Shown one piece after another: positions 54,112-64,000 of a stretch of DNA of 64,000 bases (within the stretch, counting starts at the first letter, position 1; every line of letters begins with the position of its first letter). Made by a program: the position numbers and the translations under genes. The notes beneath the pieces are model-generated. The model was given only the letters and a program-made list of their open reading frames with translations, made no database searches and was not told where the DNA came from. This stretch comes from Octopus vulgaris (taxonomy: Eukaryota), in contig OX597815.1 in NCBI GenBank assembly GCA_951406725.2, forward strand, positions 182,900,001 to 182,964,000, read 5' to 3'.

Positions 54112-55745
54112 TCTTATTATAAAAGGCAGATTTTATCTGCCTCCCTTTGGGAGTTATACAAATCTACAATATAGGATTTCTTCAATTACAATTTACCTAG
54201 CATTTTTAAGAGTAGAATGCATCGGGTCATGCCAGGTCCAGTTTTTAAAATTTAAACTCCAATTAAGCAAAATTTACAGAAAACTCACATTCTGGTGTGT
54301 ATGTCAAATGCTTTTCTTAGTCTGGTTTACAGCACACGCAAACGCACACACACAGTGTGCAACGAATAAAATGAAAGTAAATAGCGACAGAGTGATTTGA
54401 GCAAGACTAAACTGAAAGTATTTAAACCACTACTCAAAAAATAAAGAAACACAGCAAACAGAAACAAATAAATACATAACGATTTACTCCTCACACAATT
54501 TCTTCAATTAGAGTGTACCCATGGTTTTTTCAGAGTACTTCAGTGGGTGATGCCATAAAAAATTTCTTTCAATTTTACCACCAATTAAGACAAAATTCGA
54601 GAAAACTCAATATTTTAACATATCACTCCGAAAGCATTGATGTACATGTGTGCGTGCATGAGTGTGTGTGTCTCATTCCTCACACACACGCATACACATA
54701 CATATACAACTACATACAACTACATACACATACAACTACATACACATACAACTACATACAAACACGTGTGTGTTTGTTATTAGTAAAAAAGGCGCCAAAA
54801 CTCAACTCACTTATCATTCCAACACATTTGCAAAGACACACGGACGGACAGAAAAGGTAAATTGGTTTTTATTTTACTCTGTATATATTTTATTATATAA
54901 TATTATATATAGATATATGTATATATAATTGCAGTATGAAACAGTGTTTATGTATAAACAGACGACACTTATATATAGTTATTATAATAAGAGATTAATA
55001 AATGTATGCATCCGTTTAACCCTTTCGTTACCAAGCCGCCCGAATTTACCTATTCATATTTAAATGAGAATATCAGAGCAAATCTCTTTAGTACATTCGT
55101 GAAAACACGTATTATACTTCGTAAACACTTCAACTACAGTTTTGTACAAAAATCGAAGTGTAATTTTATAATTCCGTGAATTATGGGAGATTTTTTTCCG
55201 AAATTTGTTCCTATTGTGTTTTCAAAATTTGTAATTCTGACAAAAAATGGATACGAATTTCATTATATCAAGCAGCGAGTCAGAATTCGAAGGATTTTCT
55301 ACTGAAGACCTTCATAAATCTAACTCTATGACTGAAAAAAAAAAGCATCTTTATATAAGAGTGAAGTTGTGTGGTGTCTGTCTCCTACGATTTAGATTCC
55401 TAACTACTCCCACATTTTGCGGTGCAGTTTAACCAAAAGCGGGTATCTTATAGTCGTGATTCATATCGAGCCCTTCTGGGTATTAGCGTGCGTCTACGAT
55501 GAGTCTACGATTTAAAAAAAACTTACCATCATATTTTTCCATTTTAATGCAATTTTTTTCGCTTTTATATAAGGGGAGTAACTCTCTAAAAATATCTACG
55601 ATGTGTCAACGATTTAAAAAAAAAATGACCTTAATTTTTTTTCAATTTTTAATGCATTTTTTTGCTATTATATGGCTATAACTCTCTAAAAATGCTTATA
55701 TAGTTATTTCCCTTACAACCCGAGCAACGCCGGGCGATACTGCTA

Positions 55746-55746
<1 letters not shown>
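54112..55746 (+). mobile_element. Composite Helitron unit 3 (A, piggyBac end with intact TTAA/TIR, B)
   Basis: Starts immediately after the CTAG of unit 2; TTAA-CCCTTTCGTTACC at 55016; nested B start at 55348; CTAG|T end. Confidence 0.9.
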
Positions 55747-55795
<49 letters not shown>

Positions 55796-56071
55796 GTATG
55801 TATTTTTATACATATACAAATGCATATATGCGTGAGACAACGTGTATATATGAGTGTATATTGTGTACGAGAATTATTATGAATACCGGTGTATATGTAA
55901 ATATGTGTGTGTATGTGTGTGTGTGTGTGTGTGTTTGCGCAGTTATGTACAAACACATACAGTTACATACACATGCACACACAAACACATATATCAGTAA
56001 ATCTATATCAATACAAGAAGATATCTAGTTAGATATGTAGATACACACACACACACATACATTATATAATA

Positions 56072-56124
<53 letters not shown>

Positions 56125-56610
56125 GTATGTATATATAATATATTATAGATATGTGTGTATATATGTGTGTCTCTGTGTGTGTATACAAATAGACAGAGGA
56201 AGAAAGAAAGAGAGCGAGAGAAATTATTACCAATGCAAGCAAGTAGAGGAATAGAGGAAATGAAGTTGAAAATTCACAGAGAACATATCAAAATAAATTA
56301 GAACTTAATTATAACTGAATATACTGGAATACACTTTACCGGTTTCACATTAGATTTTCACATTAGATTTTCAAAACTGTTTTTGTATATAGACATATGT
56401 CGCGACTTAAATCTATTCTGACCGTTGTTATAAAAATAGTTTGCTTTTCAACTAGGAATGTGACCCAGGACGCAATCCGTTATCGTACTAATTGAGTGGT
56501 CAACGTCCATGCATTAAAATTTTATGTGAAAACAGTAAAGCGTTTTCCTATATCTTAAAATATAAATAAATTCTAATTACGTCTCATATATTCTCTGTGC
56601 ATTTTCAACT

Positions 56611-56882
56611 CTGTGGTAAGTAGCTTGCTTACCAACCACTTCTACTTCTATAGCGGGCCGACCAAAGTCTTGTAAGTGGATTTGGTAGACGGAAACTGAA
56701 AGAAGTCCGTCGTATATATATATATGTGTGTGTGTGCGCATGTTTGTGTCGCTGTGTTTGTCCCCCCACCATCGCTTGACAATAGATGCCCGTGTGTTTA
56801 CGTCCTCGCAACCTAGCGGTTCGGCAAAGGAACCGATAGAATAAATACTAGGCTTACAAAGAATAAGTTCTGGGGTCGATTT
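56611..56882 (+). mobile_element. SINE family C, deleted copy
   Basis: Matches family C with internal and 3' loss. Confidence 0.8.
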
Positions 56883-57653
56883 GAGAACATGCTGAGGTTT
56901 TCGACCCGCGGTGAACAGGACATGGGCAATCCGATCCAAGCATATATCAAAATCCTCTAGATTTTAGCATTAAATATGAAGCCTTATCTATCAAACCAAC
57001 AATTGTTTGTTTTGTATTTTTTTATAGGTTTTCTCATCTCATTCTTATTGTTTCTTTAATAGAAGGTAGATTATTAAGTTTATGGACCATGACTTTCAAA
57101 CAGTTCTTATTGGGATTTCTTTTAGTTTGTCTAAAAATCCGTTATTGAAATTACCCTTGAGAGACTCATAAAATGTATTCTCTAAATGATTGGAAACTTG
57201 GGTTTTATATGAATGTGTGATACTAAATGAAATTTGAGTTGCGCGTATACAAGCACACCCGTGATTATGTGAATATCTACTCACCCACACACCGTATACA
57301 TATATTTTTATGTGAGCAGCACACACTTACGGACACACACACATACACAAACATATAATATAATATTCATATAATGTTATGTACATAAAATCCCCATTTC
57401 TCCAAACAAAGAAATTCTTTGTTGTGTAGCATTTTTGTTTTTTGTTGTTTTTGTTTTTGCAATGAGTCTCTCAAGATTCATTTCCCTAACATGCGTGAGT
57501 GTGTCTTTTAATGAAATGTTTCTTGGGGAACACAAAAAGCATTTTTAATACGTGTGTGTATGTGTGGATTGTTGTATTGAGATAGATATATGTATAGTAG
57601 ATATATACATATAAATATATGTGCATATATATTTATTCATATATATGTATTTG

Positions 57654-57686
<33 letters not shown>

Positions 57687-57789
57687 ATACACTTATGTAT
57701 ATATATATATTTATGCATATACAAACACACATATATATACATATATATATATATAAAATTATTTTAGCATTCTCTATTTTGACTTGTTT

Positions 57790-58790
<1,001 letters not shown>

Positions 58791-61269
58791 ATGTGTGTGT
58801 TTGTGTGTACGCGCACATGTGCACATATATAGAAATGAGGGAGTGAAACGTTTGCCAATAATACATAATTGATGTATACAGCCTCCATCGTGTATTAATC
58901 CTCTAATGTACATAAATGGACTGTATTATTTTCAATACAGCGTAAAGAGATGTGCTTTGAACTTATTTGATCCATTCTGTGAGTTAAGAAACTAAAAGTA
59001 CGTAAAATATTCCCGTATTCCAGATAACATATTTATCGTTGCACTTTTTGCTGTTATTTTGTATATATCTTTGTTTTTTGCTTTGTTTTCGGTTCTGGAA
59101 GAGTAAACACCATTAACAACTGGCAAGTATTCACCAACAAGTTATGTATTCCAAGATTATGTATTCCAAGATTACTGTAACGAAGCTTGTTGATAAATTC
59201 ATAGAATAAAACTTCCTGCAAGCTTACTTCTTTTCTGTTAAACCTTCTGTTTCTTGGCGAAGGGCTCTCTGTTAACTATGCAAAGCCCTGCTATCGGACA
59301 CGTTTCGAACAAGATAACTATGAAAGTAACATAAACGCATATAAATCCGCCGACATTGCTGTCCATTTAGGGCTTCTGATTTCTGTTACGTGCACGTATA
59401 TAATTATGCTTGCCAAATTCCTTTTACAACATTCAAAATATCCCACCTCCAACATGCAGTCACAAAATGCTATTTTTATATATAACTTAATATTTCTTGT
59501 AACACCGAAATTTTTTATCCTTGACACCTTATGGTGGTAAAAATAATTAACATTTCCAATTTATTGGAAATAATTCCTGTTCTTAAAGGAGTTGCACATG
59601 CAACACGAAATGTCAAATAAATCTTTTGTTGCATTGTTTTTCAACACATTACACTTTGTTTGAAACGATGGCATATTTTTTTTACTATTTTTCACAGATT
59701 TTAGAAATGCTTGGTACTTTAGATAAAAGATTTTCGGTTTAACCGACTCAATCATAACACAAGGGTTGGATGCCTTTTACCAAAGAAGAATTATCGTTTT
59801 TGCTATAATCTTGACAATTTGTTTAATTGAAGTATCTGTCTTAACTACATCCTTTTCTTTTTCTCATTCAAATAAAATACATTTTAGTCCTTGTAAGTTG
59901 GCAAAACTCGCTCGCTAAGATCACTTTGAGTTCCAAATATTGGGCATTCAATATCACGGCGCGTTATTGGCTTATGAGTCATTACAAGAAGTAAACAACA
60001 CTAAATTTAACACGATCGTTAATGGCCTCAAGTCATGATATAACACAGAAAACTTCACACACGCATAACATACGTCCACACGCAACGACTGTTGCAGCGG
60101 TATTGGAGAGCAGTTCACACTCCCGTTCTGTTTATAGTCAACGAGGAACATCAAGGTATTAGTCAATTGTATTGAAACTTGGTATGAAACCTCTTAAGAA
60201 TACAATATTTACTGTTTTGCATTCTGCTATGTAGAAATATAGTTGTTTTTGTTTTGTTTTTTCTAGAATTCTAGACTTGCACTCGTACGGAAAAACTGTC
60301 TCCAAACTCTCGTTTAACTCCCCTATTTTCAACTAATTCACACAAAAATTAAACGTCAAAACTTTTCACATCGAATCAACTTAAGCGAAGCCTATACGGT
60401 TTTAGGCATTCAGGACAAATCTATTATCTCAGGATATCTTTCTTCCTTCCTCCTAACAGTCATGCAGGTTTTGACAAAGTGTCATGATATTGCCGTTTTT
60501 TCTGGCTGCACCATGAATAATAACTTAATACTATTGTCCTGTTTTCAAATATTACGTTTTAAAGTTTATCCCTAATTCTCCCTGACCTCCTCAACACCGA
60601 TATATTTAAGTTTAAAAAAGCATGCTACAATATAATCCATTCTCGAGAAAATCTCGAAAAAATCAACCTTAATAACCCTAACCCTCCAAACTCTCGACCT
60701 AACATCTCAGACGCAATGGAAACAGTCATAAATAAACTCTTCTTTTTCTATTTAAGTCTCTCTTCAGCTTCAGTGAGCACCACTACGGGTAAAGTTGAGC
60801 GATATTTTCGTGCTTATCCTCTTCTAAAGCATGCATCGGTCAGCAATCTGAAGAGTTTTGTTACTTTCATAGTGAATGGTAGTTAAAAATCTTTGGTCCT
60901 CGTTCTGTCTGGCACGATATAAACCCCGTTAGGTTTCCTACCGTTGGGATTCATCTGCCTCTCTTTCTTTTATCATACTTTTCTAATCAAGCAGTTCTAT
61001 TTCATCATGCAACTGCACCTCACCCATAAACACAGGAGAGAAGTGCTTACCAAAGCATTCTTGGCAGAAATTGTAACCGTCTAGATTTCCTGTACTGGCT
61101 ACCATTTTATTACAAGGATTATTTTTTTTACCGTATTGCAAACTGAACATCATTCACATAATCTCGTAACTACGAGAATGTCTACAAAGTTCCTGGTTAT
61201 TGTTTCTTCTCTAACTACTTAATGGAATGTAAAAGCTAGTTAGCTTTATATTAATGCTCATGTGTACGT

Positions 61270-61448
61270 AGGAGTGGCTGTGTGGTAAGTAGCTTGCTTA
61301 CGAACCACATGGTTCCGGGTTCAGTCTCACTGCGTGGCACCTTGGGTAAGTGTCTTCTATTATAGCCTCGAGCTGACCAAAACCATATGAGTGGATTTGG
61401 TAGACGGAAACTGAGTGGATTTTGTAGACGGAAACATGCATATATATA

Positions 61449-61484
<36 letters not shown>

Positions 61485-61520
61485 TGTATGTATATATGTG
61501 TGTGTATGTATGTATGTATG

Positions 61521-61581
<61 letters not shown>

Positions 61582-61800
61582 TTGTGTGTCTGTGTTCCCC
61601 CAACATCGCTTGACAACCAATGCTGGTGTGTTTACGTCCCCGTAATTTAGCGGTTCGGCAAAAGAGACCGACAGAATAAGTACTAGGCTTACAAAGAATA
61701 AGTCCTGGGGTCGATGTGCTCAACTAAAGGCGGTGCGTGCTCAAGCATGGCCACAGTCAAATAACTGAAACAATTAAAAAGAGTAAAGAGTAAAAGAGTA
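61270..61800 (+). mobile_element. SINE family C with expanded internal microsatellite
   Basis: Head, CORE-like motif and tail as 44960-45392. Confidence 0.85.
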
Positions 61801-63423
61801 CTGTTGTCTCCTACACTCCAGAAAAGAAAGCCAGTGGCTAAACAAATTTTCCTTATCAGAATATTACGAGACACAGTTGATAGATATTAACCACCTTTTT
61901 TGTTCTCTCAATGTTTCTTATAACAGCTGGCAGGTATGCATCCTAGACCTACTTGTTCTTCCTCATCATATCCTTCTTACTATTCGTCACTCGCCAAACA
62001 CTTTTGTTGAGTAACTGCTTAATTCTTATCCCTTCGGATCATAGTTCTCTGAAGCTAGCCTCCTTCTCAAGCTTCCGTGCTTTCTGTAGAAAATAAACTT
62101 GTGAAATTTCAAGATGTCCATACATATCATTGTTAGTGCTCAATATCCTAGAAGAATACATACAAGCGTCACGTTTCGAATTAGAATTGCGAAATGCCTA
62201 CAAGAAAGAAAGGAAATGAGGTTTTTAACCTAAATACAGTCTCTGTCATCAGAAAAGGAGTCGAAACCAGCAATCCGTATCTATTTTAATAGAGAAAGGA
62301 GAAATGAAGAGCGCTATTCATTTTCTCAAACTCAAGCTAAAATTCCATTGGAAATTTGGACTGAATCTAAAGTAATCGAACAACGAGCAACCACATAAAT
62401 ACAAACCTACGATTTGGGGAAGAACTGCAATCGATTATATTGTCTTTAATACGTGAATAAGATAAAAGGCAAAGCTGAAATTGGTAAAATTTGAACTAAG
62501 AGCGTAAAAAGACTTAGGAGTACATTGTAAGGTGTTTTGCCCTCCGCTGTGTCAAATTGACTGTCTTAAAACAAATAAAATAGCTACTTGTGCACATTTG
62601 AAATACATTTTCTATTGAGAAAACTGTTGAATTCATTTTCACAGCTATCAGCAATTTCATTTAGACAATTGAAAAACAGCTTCGTATATTAACACTTACA
62701 ATTGCTTTTCTAATCATAATATATTTTATATTCCCTCAAGGTTCTATATCTGATGTTTATAGAGTGTAAAATTACTGTGCAATTTTTAACGCTTTCATTA
62801 TTTTTCTTCTTCACCTTCTTTCTAATTGTTCTGCATTCTTTCCTGGGATTTCAGAGAGAGAGAAGACAAGAGAAATGAAAGAAGGAAGAACTTACATTTA
62901 TGCAGTGCTATATTTCCGTTTTCTGCATCCTCTTCAGCAAATTCGTTTTAATCTTCATCATCAAATTCTTCTTCTTCTTGTCGTTGTTGTTATTGTTATC
63001 ATTATTACTTTAATAGAATTATAATCGATTTCTTTCGAGTTCATTATTCTTTCTTAACTTTCTATTTGTTACTTACTCTTGATAATTATAAAATAAGAAT
63101 AAATTTTCAAATATATTCTTATACTACATAATTATTGAGGAATACGAAACAAAAACAGCATCCATTCACAGACACACAGACACATAAACACATACACATA
63201 TATACACAACAACGAGTAGCTGAAAATTGTTCTTTCTTTCTTTTTATTTTGACATTCCTGAATAACTTTAAAATTTACTTGGTGAATGATAATTTAATAA
63301 ATCAGTTTAGCTTTCATATCCTTAAATGGTGGCGTTAAATTGTTTTATAAGATTGTAATTTTATGTATTCCAATATTTTCGCTTCAACCACCCCATCTCT
63401 ATCTCTCTCCCTCTCTGTCTCTC

Positions 63424-63473
<50 letters not shown>

Positions 63474-63759
63474 CCTTTCTCTCTCTCTCTCTCTCTCTGT
63501 CAATTGATTAATCTCTGTATTGCTTATTCGACATACTTCTCGTTCTCAATATATTTTCATACATGTATGCACATACTGTTGTATTTAGTCATTAAACTGT
63601 TGCAGCAAACGATGAGTATCTCCAAATAAGAAAGAACGTATCCATCACTGGAATTTAAACAACATGAAACAGCTTGGTGGCAAAGCTGGGTTTCTGAGAG
63701 CTTTTCATGCTCCGCTTTAATACATATTTATACATGTCTACCGTATCTTTTATCTTTTC

Positions 63760-64000
63760 CTTGTTTCACTCATTTGACTGCAGCCATGCTGGAGCACTTC
63801 CTTAAAGAATTTTTTACTCGAACGAATCAACCACAGTACTGATTTTATTTTCATACCTGGTACTTATTGAATCGGCCTCTTTTGACGAACCACTAAGTTA
63901 CGGAGACGTAAACACCAACACTAGCAGTGAAGCGGTGTTGGAGGACAAACGCAAGACACGCACACATACATATACATATATAAGGCGGGATTCTTTCGGT
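63760..64000 (-). mobile_element. SINE family C 3' half (runs off the window end)
   Basis: Reverse complement of the family C tail. Confidence 0.7.

Noticed and set aside
61850-62200. Possible very old RTE LINE C-terminal remnant
   Set aside because: Only faint GH..RGRPR-like traces on the minus strand; too degraded to support

Overview
AT-rich, microsatellite-laden eukaryotic DNA with no supportable host protein-coding exon, so intronic or intergenic. The tRNA-derived SINE families resemble those of octopod cephalopods (inference only). Almost all identifiable sequence is transposon-derived. It includes three tRNA-SINE families, a 5'-truncated CR1-type LINE with near-intact RT (48.3-50.4 kb), RLE-type (R4/Dong-like) LINE remnants beside (TAA)n, RTE, Penelope, mariner and piggyBac relics, and several MITE/foldback elements. 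There are at least three non-autonomous Helitron families, two in head-to-tail arrays with exact CTAG|TC junctions, and one carries a captured piggyBac end. The most notable hidden structure is a dispersed set of minimal hammerhead-ribozyme folds next to (TA)n tracts and inverted repeats. One of them has a compensatory G3:C8 core swap and sits inside a Helitron. Nearly all listed ORFs are simple-repeat artefacts. Boundaries were read by eye and are approximate unless termini are quoted.
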